This document shows positions 38,221 to 49,809 of a DNA stretch of 64,000 bases, one piece after another. This stretch comes from Neoechinorhynchus agilis. Lineage: Eukaryota > Animalia > Acanthocephala. The notes under the pieces are model-generated. The model searched no databases and was not told the origin of the DNA. It saw only the letters and a program-made list of their open reading frames with translations. Position 1 is the stretch's first letter; every line of letters starts with the position of its first letter. The stretch is from positions 11,485,480-11,549,479 of the forward strand of contig CM121342.1 in assembly GCA_051530055.1 (NCBI GenBank), read 5' to 3'. Both the position numbers and the translations under genes were made by a program.

Positions 38221-38779
38221 AATTGAACCACGTTCTCTTATCTCGAAATGTACGCGATCAAAGAAAACTATTCAAATAATAGAAAAACGAGTTGTGGCAA
38301 ACTATTAAAAATTGCAAAAAATAATCGCCAACGAGTGCCGATCACGTAATTGCTCATAAAAGGAAGGTGTCGATAGTTTATTCTTTGTAGATCGATTTTC
38401 GGACATTTAATAGCATGTCAACATAAATAGAGGCAATTTCAAAAAAAAGAAAATTAAAATATTCAATTGTTGTCTCGCGTGAGAGTTGAATTAAAATTAA
38501 CGCAATCTTAAACAAATTTTATTTGCCAGCACCTTCTAGACGCATTTCGCTAAATGCAATAAAGGAGTATAATTTGAAATAACAAAAACATCCTTGTTCT
38601 ATAAATAATTAATTTCGCGTAAAAGAATCGAGTGTGCAAGCCTGATCTTATTTTAAACACAAAGCAACGCGATTTTTGATTTCGAAGAACTATCGCATTT
38701 AAGCTTTATTGCGGGATGAAAAATTTAGACATTTTTATTGTATCGGCTTTAAATTTTCGACTTTTCAGAAATTGTCGAA

Positions 38780-39341
38780 TTCCCCAATGGCCTTCTGTAA
38801 TTTCTGAACTGCAAGGTTGCGGTTTCATCCTTTCTGTTTCCATTTGAGGATTTGCCAGAAACTGCCCTCGCCAATTGTCTCCCACGATATACACTTTATT
38901 ATCGTGGCAAGGAACTCCCGCACGTTTAATATTCTCGATCGTAATTTGAACCAGTAATGAAAAGATGAGTTTAAAATTGCAGTCTTGATTCGAAGAGCTC
39001 GCGAGTGGATACTAATATTCCCATGGTTTTCAGATATTGATCTCAGCTGATTTTATACTCACTTTTTTTATTGATGACATTGTTTTGAAAATATTATTGC
39101 AGTTCATGCAACTCCATGTATGTCCTCGTCTTGAGCAGTGTTTTAGGAAACGTTTTGTGTCATAATCAATGACCAGGGATATAGGTAACTGCTTATATTG
39201 GCCCACCTTCCATTCAAGATCCATTGCTTCAACTACTCGGTCGACAAGGTTAATGAAAGTAATCGCGAATTGTAGGAATCTCCCATTTATCGCTTGAACT
39301 CCGCATAAAAATTGAATTATGACGAAAATTGAGCCTTCCAT
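38780..39341 (-). pseudogene. HIPK-like kinase 5' fragment, copy 4
   Basis: The reverse complement matches 49965-50480 (upstream frame, then IGEGSF G-loop region). Confidence 0.7.
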
Positions 39342-39344
39342 AAT

Positions 39345-40170
39345 TACACGTTTTATTTGTTTATTTACAAAGAATGCCCATGTACTTTTAAGTCCTCATA
39401 AACACTCGAGTTCGTATTGGAAAATGGAACTGGCTATTGATTTTGGAGTGGATTACGAGTCCGGGTGGGTGGCAATATCCGACCGGGGACTCAGTCGTCA
39501 GGATCGCAGTATCCTTGAGATTAGGCCTACCGATTTGCATCCCGCATCGCTGCCGCTGCGGCACTATAGTGGACTCTTCGGGGAGACACGGTCTCATATG
39601 CAAGACGTCATCGGGACGATTTCCAAGGCATGCTGAAATCAATGCCATCCTGAGTAGGACCCTAAAAACGCTTTCCCTTCCAAACATTCTAGAACCCACT
39701 AATCTTTGTAGATTAGATGGAAGACGCCCTGATGGCGTGACCGTATTTCCTTGGCGGGAGGGAAAATGTTTGTTGTGGGATGCAACGTGTGTGGACACGT
39801 TGGCAAACTCCAACATCAGCCACTCGAAAAAAGGTCCAGGAGGAGCGGCGACGGCTGCAGAGGATCGTAAATGCTCAAAATACAGGGAGCTAATCCGAAA
39901 TTACCATTTTGTCCCCTTCGGTGTGGAAACGTATGGGGCCTTGGGAGGGTCGGCACTGGCCCTCGTGAAGGAATTGGGGAAACGAATCAACGCGGCGACT
40001 GGAGAGCCAAGATCGACTTCGTTCCTAGCCCAAAAAATAAGCATTGCGGTGCAGCGGGGAAATGCGGCTAGCATTTTGGCCTGCGCCGATGAATAGGGGC
40101 GTCGAAGAAACTATAAATTATGTATGCTCTTGTTAAAAAAAAGTTTCATAAAATAAGACTTTATTTAGAG
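39345..40170 (+). mobile_element. CRE subfamily C, 5'-truncated; restriction-like endonuclease domain in an open frame
   Basis: ORF 39437-40096: CRCG...HGLIC, RRPDGVTVFPWREGKCLLWDATCVDT, AEDRKCSKY, FVPFGVETYG, AVQRGNAASIL. Confidence 0.9.
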
Positions 40171-40199
40171 AAATTGAAATGAAGTTGGTGATGGTTCAG

Positions 40200-41340
40200 T
40201 AATCTTTTATGTGTGATTTCTTCAGAGGTTAAGGAAAGGGAGAGGTGGGGTGGTAAATGGGTGATGAGGGTGATATCGTCGGCGTATAAGAGGAGTTTAG
40301 AGTAGCAGGAGAGGTTTGAAGTCATTTAGGAAAATATTAAAGAGAAGTGGTGACAGCACGGCATCTTGAGGTACGCTTTTGGTGAGGGATAGGCTATTAG
40401 AAGAGGTAGAACGGCAGTGAATGTATTGTCTGCGATTGTGAAGATAAGATTCAAGCCAGTGGATCTGCCACAAGTTGAGACCAAAACCGGAGCAAGCCCG
40501 GAGAGGGAGTGAATGATCCACTAAGACGAAAGCTTTAGATAAATCAAGTTGCATGAGACGGGTGACGGAAGACGGATTATTGTCGAGGTTACGTAGGAGC
40601 GTGTTATACATGCAAAGTGGGGCATCGGTTGCAGAAAATCTCTGCCCTAAGCCAAATTATAGAGGCGATAACTGTTCGTTGAGAAGTGAAAGAAGGCGCG
40701 ATTTAAAACATTTTTCGATGACTTTAGAAAGAGTAGGTAGAATGGAAATTGGACGGAATGATTCGGCCGAAATAGGATGCCCTCTTTTTGGAGCAAGTAT
40801 AACTTTAGCAGTTTTCAGGCATGAGGAGTATATGCCATATAAAAAACTGAGGTTTATAATGTTGGTAAGAGCGTCGATGAGTTCGGGGACGATGCCGCGA
40901 AGGGTCCAGTTTGGGATTTAGAACTGAGGGGACGAATTTCCCGGTAATTCCTTGAGATACTGTAGTACTTCGTATGACGAGACTGAGGGGAGTATCGGCG
41001 AGTTGACAAAAGTTCCAGCTGTGGGTGTGAAAGATTGTGTGGAGACTGATGTTGAGCAGTGATTGTAAATTGGGCCCTGGCAGATGTTATGATGGAGGAG
41101 GAATAGTAGAGTGAATGTCGGGGAAAATGAATTGACCGATTCGAAGGATTTGATGGCGGTTGTGTGCATCATCTGCGACAGGATCTGCTACAGGGCTTCC
41201 GACATACCAGAAATAAATATTGTGCGATTTCTATCATCGAGGGAGGAGTGCATAATGCGATGGGTCGAATTCAGAGCGGCGAGGGATGATGGTAGTGGTG
41301 GAGAAGGTGTATCAATACCGAAGTGAATCGGATGGTTGAT
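40200..41340 (-). mobile_element. CR1/L2-group LINE RT remnant
   Basis: QLDLSKAFVLVDH, WLESYLHNRRQY, SVPQDAVLSPLLFNIFLND, LLYADD. Confidence 0.8.
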
Positions 41341-41417
41341 TGATTTTGATGGAGTTCCTCCTTTTGCTCTTGTTACTACTCGCTCAGGTGTTACTTTGAC
41401 CTTTTGTCCGACCTTAG

Positions 41418-41552
41418 TGTTGTAGAACCGAAAACGTGGTTTTATTTAGCTAACGGAACCGCGAAAACGTTTCATGGTACAACGAACGATAACGGTTAGT
41501 AATCGATAATATAATTACATTTATGATGTAGTCGAAACTAATCGATATCACA
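41418..41552 (-). repeat. Probable 3' LTR
   Basis: On the minus strand it begins TGTGAT after purine-rich GGAAGA, contains AATAAA and ends ACAACA. No second copy in the window. Confidence 0.45.
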
Positions 41553-41689
41553 ATCTTCCATCGTGCTCGATTGTTTCCCTGGTCTCCGGCAAGACCGTCT
41601 GACTTCTCGCCCGTCTTCCATTATATACTTCGAGCCCATTCGACTAGAATCCGAATCCAATCCAGTATAGTCACCCTGAGTGCCGCGTT

Positions 41690-44600
41690 CCGGTATTTAA
41701 GTACTATTGCGCTTAAATCTTGATTCAGTAGTTTGAGATTGAAGCACGTCATCACCAGTCGTTTGAGCGATATCCGACCCATACGGGGCTAGACGTTGGG
41801 TTGAAACGACGCCTTGTCGTCCATCAGCGTATTGGATCAACGAATGCATTTCGCCTCCACTTATTAGAGTTACTTCATCCACTTCATTCTCGTACTTGGA
41901 CTTTCTGTTCAGATTCTTGAGGTATGCTTTATCACTTGATACAATCCAACTTGGTGGTGGCCTGGATGTCATAATCCTTCTTGGATAATTGAATATTCGT
42001 TCATGAGGCGTTTGTCCCGTACTGGTGCAGAGAAGTGTTCGTATTTTCGAAAGTGCCTCATGGAGGACCTGGGGCCATTTATTTAAAGAAAAATCTTGAT
42101 CTGCAAGCAAGAGCTGGGTGGATCTCCACACTGTTCCATTGTAGCGTTCATACTGACCGTTGCCTTGCGCGTGGAACGCAATCGTGCGACTGAGGCAAAC
42201 GTTCCGTGCATTTAGCCATTCTCGAATATCCTTGCAGGTGAAAGAAGCTCCGCGGTCAGAGTGGACGTAATCAGGACATCCGAAAATTGCAAAGATTCGT
42301 GATAGACATACTTTAACGGTTTCAGTTGAGCAGTCTGTGCAAGCAAATGCGATTGGGAACCGCGAATATTATTCTACGGCGACTAATAAATACCGCGGAC
42401 CGCTTGCTGTGGACGGTAATGTACCTTTGAAGTCCACAGATATTCGTTCGAATGGTTTGGTGGCTTTGATCAAATGTAGACCAGAAGGTTTGAAAAATCT
42501 TGGTTTTATTCGGCAGCATATCGAACAAGATGCCGTTACTTTTCTTATTTCCTCCGTAGAATAAGGAAGATTAATTTGTTTGATGTAGTGGAGCATCCTG
42601 GTGGCACCTGGATGTCCTCATTTTCGGTGAACTTCGTGGATCTGAGTCAGAATAGAGGATACGCTCGCACATGAATCGCGTGATAGTACATCCGCAGCTA
42701 GATTAGAAGCTCCAGCTCGATACTTTAGTGTACAAGTATAACTTGAAAGTTCCAACCTCCATCGTAATATGCGTTCGTTTCTAACCTTTTTTGAATGTTT
42801 TTGATTGAGCATTAAGGATACTGATCTTTGATCCGTAATCGCGACGAACGGACGGATAGCTAAGTAGTACCGCCAATGTTTTATTGCCTTGATAAATGCG
42901 TACGCCTCCTTTTCCACTATGTGATATCGTTTTTCATGTTTATTCAGTGTTTTGGAAAAAAATGCGACAGGTAGCCCATTCTGGAAAAGAGCGGCTCCAA
43001 TTGCTTTTTCAGAAGCATCAGTTTCGAGTACGAATTGCTTATCCTCATCTATGCTATGCATGACAGCGTTTTTGATGTCTTTTTTCAAGGTATCAATCAA
43101 TATTGCAGTTTGTTCGCATAGAGGAAAATCCAAATTTTTGCACACCAGCGGTTGAATCCTTTTAGAGTAGCTCGGGATCCATTTACTATAATAGGCAAAA
43201 AATCCCATCAGGCGTTGTAGAGATGCCTTGTTGGTGGGTAGTACTATGTCATTTAGAGGCCTGAGACGATTTGGGTCCGGTCTTAGTTGGCCGTTACCAA
43301 TTTCGTAACCAAGTACCAGGATTCGTTCTACCCCATATGCGCTTTTATCGTTATTGAATTTTAATCCTTTCTTGGCAGCAATTTTATCATGCTCGCTCTT
43401 CGTATGTCCGCAAATAATGACATCGTCGAGATATGCATACGTATTTGATAAATTGTTAGCTTCGATGGTATTATTCATATACCTCTGAAATGCGGATACC
43501 CCATTGGTAACACCCATCGGGATTTTTGTAAAGCGGTAGAGCTTACCGCATGCTTCAAAAGAGGTATAGTCTCTCTCATGAGGGGCAATTGATACTTGAT
43601 AATATGCATCTTCCAAGTCTAACCGGCTAAACACCTTATTTGTTGCTATTTTGTTGACGATCGTTTCGATACGTGGAAGAGGGTAAGCATCTAGATAATT
43701 GAATTTGTTAATAGTTTGGCTAAAGTCTACAACGAGTCTCTTTTTTCCATTTTCGTTGTTAACCACGAGGACCTGTGCCCTCCATGGTGAATCGGATTTT
43801 TCGATTATACCATCTTAAAGCATACGATCGATCTCGGATTTAATAAAGATGATGTCGCGTTGATTGTAGCATCGGGATCGAGTTGCGATCGGTTTACAGT
43901 CGGCGGAAAGATTATTGAACAAACAAGGTGCAAAATCAGATTTTGTTGTCGACTCTTGATCAAGTACAGGAATAAGCAACGCGGCTAGATTCAGTTCGAT
44001 TGGCGGCTCACTGCCTGACATTCTCAAGCGGAACTCTCTGTGCAGTCTTAAAAACGGCAATCCAAGAACTACGTCGCTGCAAAGATCAGTCAACACGTAT
44101 AGTTCCATGCGACTGTACATCGTTCCGTCGTATCGAATATCGGCCCTAACCTTGCCCAGAGTTCTCCTTGTAGTATTACCAGAGGCTAAAGAAACGTTTG
44201 AGTAGGACGGTTCTATAGATAACTGTAGCTTCTCGATAGCATTGAAATCGATGAAATTGAGTGAACTCCCAGTATCAAGCAAAGCAGAGGTTACATCTTG
44301 TATCAATACCGGAATCATGAGAGAATAATCCTTTATCGAACTCTTATCCTTTTTAGTAGCAGCTAAGTAGACCGAAGACAAGTTAGCGTTATTAGCTTTT
44401 TTTTGACCGACACATTCTCGCGAAGTGTCCGAGTTTTTGACACTTATAGCACTGTACTTCGGCGGCAGGGCATAATTTGCGAGGATGTCGTTTCCTCCCA
44501 CAAAAATAGCAAACTGACGTACGATTGAATTCTTCGAGCCTACTATCATGTTCTCTATTTATCGCGTTCAATGATTGCGATTTATCGTCATATTCGTCAG

Positions 44601-44865
44601 TTCGTATTCGCCTGCATTATAACGGATCGTTTCTATGGTCGTTTTCGTCGATTTGTACTTTCATGCATCTAAGAGGATCGCTACTATGATCGCCGAAGCG
44701 CTCCATACTTTCAAACGCATACTGAACGCTCTTGGCGATCTCAATCGCTTTGCACAGTGTCAGTTCTTCACATTCGAGCAATCTCTGACGTATTCTGTTT
44801 GATTGGAGACCGGCGAGAGAGGACGTTCGAGGGGAGCGATTAGCGAGAAGAGAGCGGGACACTGC
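41690..44865 (-). mobile_element. Ty3/gypsy internal region (gag remnant, protease, RT, RNase H, integrase), frameshifted
   Basis: LLDTGSS (43815-44549); LDLEDAYYQ, YLDD and ETDASE (42618-43766); VDFKGTL, HSDRGASF and STGQTPHE (41697-42620). Confidence 0.9.
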
Positions 44866-45799
44866 ACATTTCGCTATTTACAGAATATTCATATCTAAGC
44901 AACGAAATAAATGCACGCGAAAGCTTGCATGTGATCTAAATCTCTAAAGCGTTGTTTTTGGTTACCAATTCAATCGTTCATGTCATTTTCGAGCAAATTA
45001 TGATGATTATGTCGTGGATATTCACTAAGAAAAAACGATCCTAAACGTCGGAATGAACACCATTTATCCTAAAAGGGTGAAACTGATGTGAGTTTTAATG
45101 AGTTGTTTTTGACTGACGTCTAGAAAAAAGATGACCACCATCATAGTTACAATATTTCAGCCGGCGGAAAAAACCTGAGGCTTGTGAAATTCATAAAAAT
45201 TTTATCGTTCTTTTATTTTTCGGAAATACCTTGAGGCTCGTAAATAAAAACTACTAAAGCTGGACATTTATGATTGTTGACTTGTAAAATCCCAAAATAT
45301 GCGGCTTCTCCTCCCTATTAACTGAGAATTGAAGAAATTTTCCATACAAGCGATCCAGATTGCTGACTGCGTTGGCGTGAAATTCGAATACGGCGGAAAG
45401 TAGGTGTTGGTGAGGTTACCTTGTTTAAAAATAAATAGACCAATGTGTTCCAGTCTGCCAATATAAGAACAATCGCGATCTAATCAGTTTGTTGTCGATT
45501 TTAAAATCGTTTGCTCAATTCTGCCAAATCATTGCCCTCTCCATTTTGTGCATGCTGGACGTAGGTTTTTATTTCCAACGCAATTCCTTTATTCCGCAAA
45601 TTTAACTACTTCGCTGTAATGGCCTGATTTTGCTTATTGTTGACGGCTCGTAAGTGGCTTTTGTAATAATAAATAAATTTTAGTGGAACTTTTTTGGTTG
45701 TAAGTGGCTTTTTGCATAATAAATAAATTTTATGGGAACTTTTATAAGTACTAATAATTTAACCAAACAACAATGTTGATTTGTAGACACTTTTAATGT

Positions 45800-46410
45800 T
45801 AATCTTCATTAGAGGATTCTTAAAAAAATCCATCCGACACATCCTTGCCCGATACATTGTCATCATTTCCGTCCGCTCTGCAAGTGGGGAAAAACGATAC
45901 ATAAACATCCCTTATGTAAATGAAAAACCGCACAATAATTTGAACTCAAAAATAGTGAATGCGTATCGACTAAAAGGAACTAAAGCAGTAACTTACACCA
46001 AACAACAAGACCTTCAATGCTTTCATAAGCTCTGCGAAGGGTGACCCACCACACGGCATACCATGCACAGACTGCAACAAGTCCTATGTAGGACAAACGA
46101 ATAATGTTGCTCTCAGAACTTATGAACACAAATACGCATTGAGGCAAGATAAAAATTCTGCAATAATAAATCATATGGATAACACAGGGCACTCAATCGA
46201 TTTTAATGACACAAAAATATTGGGCCGTAGCGACGATCGATACACTCGTATCATAACTGAAGCGGTCTATATTAAAAATAACGAAACAATGGAAGGCAAC
46301 AAGCCTGATTATATCCTCAAAATGAAGATTACAAAAATTCTCCATATCTTATTTTTAGATCTGACGAAGACCCACGTTGGGGTCGCGTATATTCTTTTAC
46401 CAATAAAATC
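45800..46410 (+). mobile_element. Penelope-like 3' fragment (GIY-YIG + 3' end)
   Basis: YINIPYV, IPCTDCNKSYVGQT, SAIINHMDNTGHSIDF...ITEAVYIK. Ends in CTGACGAAGACCCACGTTGGGGTCG. Confidence 0.85.
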
Positions 46411-46429
46411 ACTTTTTTATGAAAATATT

Positions 46430-46773
46430 CTAGGAATTATGTCCATACTTTTAACATTAGAGGAAAAACTCACAAATTGCAACATTCCGAACACAAAAGT
46501 GGCGTTCTTATTATTTATTAATCTTTGAAACCCTATTTGCAAATGGTACTTTTTTTTCAAAATACCCTAACTGTTTTGTTTCCATGTCGCATGTTCGGGC
46601 GACCACTGCATCGTGAACGTCAAAGCACGAGCATGCCTGCAATTGTAGTACTTCGTTTCCCCAACTTAAGATTCATGGATAAAGTTGAAAACTGAGACAC
46701 GAGCACATGCGGCGCGCCAACACACACACAATAACGTCCACTAAAATCAATGCGACGAATTGACACGTCACAT
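46430..46773. repeat. Near-identical duplicate of 28091-28436 (flank plus gypsy LTR)
   Basis: Direct sequence match including the (AC)n tract. The LTR part is 46572-46773. Confidence 0.9.
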
Positions 46774-47700
46774 ACTTCTGTCTTCATAGGGAATTTGCAG
46801 CATCCGATGAGTGGCGCAATTTTGTCCGATAATCTTTCAATCCATTTCGCATAATACGCGAACATCCCAACAACACGCCTTAAACTAGAAGCATTGCAAG
46901 GAACAGGGAGTTCCAGTAAGGGTCGCAATCTTTCGGGATCCGGTTAAATAATATTATTAGCGATGCTGTAGCCCAATAGCTCTATCTTCCTTACTGATCG
47001 TACTGATTTGTTATCTTTCAGTTTTAGATTGCGTCGTTTTGCAGCCGCCAATAATTTTTGTACATTCGCATCATGTTCTTCTTAGGTGTTCCCAGTCATC
47101 GTGACATTGTCCACATAAGGAAAAACGCAATTTAACTTCTCCTGTGCAATCATGTCATCCATAGCCCGTTGAAATGCAGAAACTCCATTGGTAACCCCAA
47201 AGGGAATTCTTGTAAGCTGGTAGAGCTTCCCATTTGCTTCGAATCCGGTATAGGGCCTTTCCTTTTCTGGGATACTCACTTGATGGTATGCACTTTTTAA
47301 ATCAAATGTGGAAAATATTTTGTATTGGGCGATTATATTGACCATCTCATGCATGTTAGGTAAGGGATACGCATCCAAACGAGTATATTGGTCAATAGTT
47401 TACGAGTAGTCAACCACACATACGTTTTCGATCTTTGATCTGCTCACCTTTTACAACAACGATTTGAGCCCTCCATGCAGACTTGCTCGGCTCAGACACT
47501 CCTTCATTCAAAAGTCTTAATCTCTCCACGGATAAAGTCTCGATCCTCGCGGCAATATAATCGTGATCTAGTAGCTATTGGTTTGACGTTATCCTAAACA
47601 CTTTCAAATATTGGAGCTTTCAATAAACTTGCATTCATCACTTGACAAAATTCTTTAGATCCACGTATCAATAGCTCATCTCCCGGACCGTCGTATACAA
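46774..47700 (-). mobile_element. Ty3/gypsy RT remnant joined directly to a clipped LTR
   Basis: FDLKSAYHQ, RIPFGVTNGVSAFQR, YVDN, LRRVVGMFAYYAKWI. Confidence 0.85.
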
Positions 47701-48250
47701 ATTTAACACAACTGTGTCTCTTCTGAAAATTCGGTCAACAGGAACGTGTCGTCCACATATCTGAACCAGATATTCATCCCCTGTATCGATGACAAATGTT
47801 CGTCCTCCCAGTGCCGCATACACAGCTCAGCAAGCACAGGAGCTAACGGGCTGCCCATGGCTACTCCATCTTTTTGGTCATAGCGATGCCGTTGAACTGG
47901 AAGTTGCAGAATCTGGTGCAAAACTGCAGTAGCTTTCGCCAGTCGCTTATAGTTAACTTCCATTCAGCATTAATGGACAGGAGTGGAACTGCGAGATCTA
48001 TTGCCACATCGACAGGAATTTTGGTGAAGAGGGAGATCACACCTGCCGACAGCATTCTATATGGGAATTCCAAGACGATTTAAATATTGAAACGAAATCC
48101 GCTCCCGAGGAAACCACTCTCTCTCTGAAGATCCCATTGCGCTCCTCAACATACCAACTACTCTCCTTGAGATGTTCGTGCAGAAAGTGGTGTGCCGCAA
48201 TTATTAGTCTGAACTTGATTATGTACCTTCAATGGGGAGAAAAAGTCTAA
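47700..48250 (-). mobile_element. Penelope-like RT fragment
   Basis: VISLFTKIP, DGVAMGSPLAPVLAE, WFRYVDDTF. Confidence 0.85.
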
Positions 48251-48379
48251 AAAGGAAGAGATCTATGTTGAACTAACATTCCCTGATGATCATTCTTATC
48301 TTGCTATCGAGCGCATCATAAAATGAGGATGTGAGGCCAAGATAGTAAATGTATACACAAAGAGGGGACGCACTCTACA

Positions 48380-48760
48380 CGGATTGATATGTCCCAAGAA
48401 TGGCCAACAGTCATCTGGTGCGGTCTACAAAATTCCGTGCTCCGGTTACGAACAGGTCTATGTGGGACAGACCAACAATTTCACCCGACGGATGAAGGAG
48501 CACAAATCATCAGTTGTTCGCAACACGGACATTAGTTCCGTAGTGGTGGCCCGTGCAAAAAACACAGGGCACACTATTGATTTTAGTGGCGCTACAACAC
48601 TAGTCTGCAATGGTCGGCGTTTCGAACGTATTGTCATCGAATCCTTATATATAAATAGGTTCGAAACGTTCGAATATAAATAGGTTCGAAACGTTCGAGG
48701 CAATAAGCCTGATTTCATCCGAGATAGTGGATCGAAATATCCAATAAAATCTTAATTTCA
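48380..48760 (+). mobile_element. Penelope-like GIY-YIG endonuclease fragment
   Basis: GAVYKIPCSGYEQVYVGQT..FTRRMKEH...NTGHTIDF...IESLYI. Confidence 0.85.
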
Positions 48761-48819
48761 TTTATTTTCTCCTGTCGACAAATAACAATGAATTATCTTT
48801 TCAACAGGTAATTGAGTTA

Positions 48820-49410
48820 TTTTTTTGCGCATCTTTGTGCGCTTTGAACAAAAAGACTGGAGGGATTCGTCCCATTGCCGTTGGCTCTGCTCTACGTCGG
48901 CTCGCAGGTAAAATCCTTTGCGAGCGTATTGCAGAAAGGATAGGGCAGCAACTTCGCCCAGTCCAACTGGGATGCTGCACACCCTGTGGGTCCAAAACCA
49001 CCTGAATGACGCTACGCTCGGTGGTGATCCCTCCGTAGTACTGTGCGATATGGAGACAGTCGTAAAGGATACTGTGAGATTGGGCGTTGAGCTTAATGCA
49101 GGGAAATGCGAATCGTTCGTAATGAACATCGAAGACGAGTCAGCACATAGCGAAATCATCAAAGGTTTTTGGAATCTGGCACCCGATTAAGAATTGATCA
49201 CTCTAGACCGGCTAATTCTTCTAGGGAGCTCGTTGCCCGCGTTTTTAGGATCATTCGAAGGGAATCGGGATCTCTTAAAACGTATATTGGGACCAGTAGC
49301 AGTCCAGGAATGGCGGGAGAAGACGGGTTACAACCAAGTTCACGTGAATGGCCTAAAGCCGTCTATCTGGGATAAACCTTTAGTCGCCCGAGCTCATAGT
49401 TATAAAATTT
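48820..49410 (+). mobile_element. CRE subfamily B remnant, multiply deleted
   Basis: GGIRPIAVGSALRRL, LNDATLGGDP, LPAFLGSFEG. Confidence 0.8.
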
Positions 49411-49434
49411 TATAGATTGAGATCACATGGAAGC

Positions 49435-49617
49435 TTTTGCTATCATTTATTTCGTTGTTTCATTTTTTTTAAGTTTAACTGGCAAGCCGGTATTGTTATC
49501 ATCATTCAATTTTAGTCAATCCCTTTCTTGTCCGGCTTATTTATTTAGGCATAAAGCCAAACCAATTACATCAGAGAAGTGATATAACCACATAGTCTCT
49601 AATGTCGGTTAAGAGTT
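49435..49617 (-). mobile_element. 3' tail copy of the tRNA/hammerhead SINE-like element
   Basis: 49526-49617 is the reverse complement of 49829-49920 (2 mismatches in 92). 49470-49525 matches 2484-2545. The distal end is T-rich (A-rich on the minus strand). Confidence 0.85.
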
Positions 49618-49663
49618 GAGTCGATAAACTGGCTGAGTTTGACATTTCGTAGTTGTGTCGAGG

Positions 49664-49718
49664 TGGTCAAGTGGACTAATGCCCGTGATCCCGATTAGGG
49701 GTCAAGTGGTTCGAATCC
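49664..49718 (+). promoter_or_regulatory. RNA polymerase III type-2 internal promoter (A box + B box)
   Basis: A box TGGTCAAGTGG (49664-49674) and B box GGTTCGAATCC (49708-49718), at tRNA-like spacing. Confidence 0.8.
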
Positions 49719-49745
49719 GTTACCACCAATGACGCACAGTCAAAG

Positions 49746-49809
49746 GGGACGAAATACCGCTGAAGGGAGGAAACTCACTGATGAGTCCCGCCTCCTGGAG
49801 GTATCTGAG
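49746..49809 (+). ncRNA. Hammerhead ribozyme, non-circularly permuted; predicted cleavage after C49805 (AUC)
   Basis: CUGAUGA 49778-49784, GAAA 49751-49754. Stem II GGGAC(49746-50)/GUCCC(49785-89). Stem III AUACC(49754-58)/GGUAU(49800-04). Stem I CUCA(49774-77)/UGAG(49806-09). Confidence 0.8.

Noticed and set aside
45650-45745. ~50-bp two-unit tandem repeat, and the (AC)n tracts at ~28380 and ~46720
   Set aside because: Ordinary local slippage duplications with no further structure.
49657-49729. Functional tRNA gene
   Set aside because: A/B boxes and a T-arm are present, but the acceptor strands (GTCGAGG and ACCACCA) do not pair and there is no canonical anticodon arm. Treated as a tRNA-derived head.
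49760-49777. Second hammerhead core CTGAAGG-GAG-GAAAC
   Set aside because: It lacks the conserved A of CUGANGA and has no stem II.
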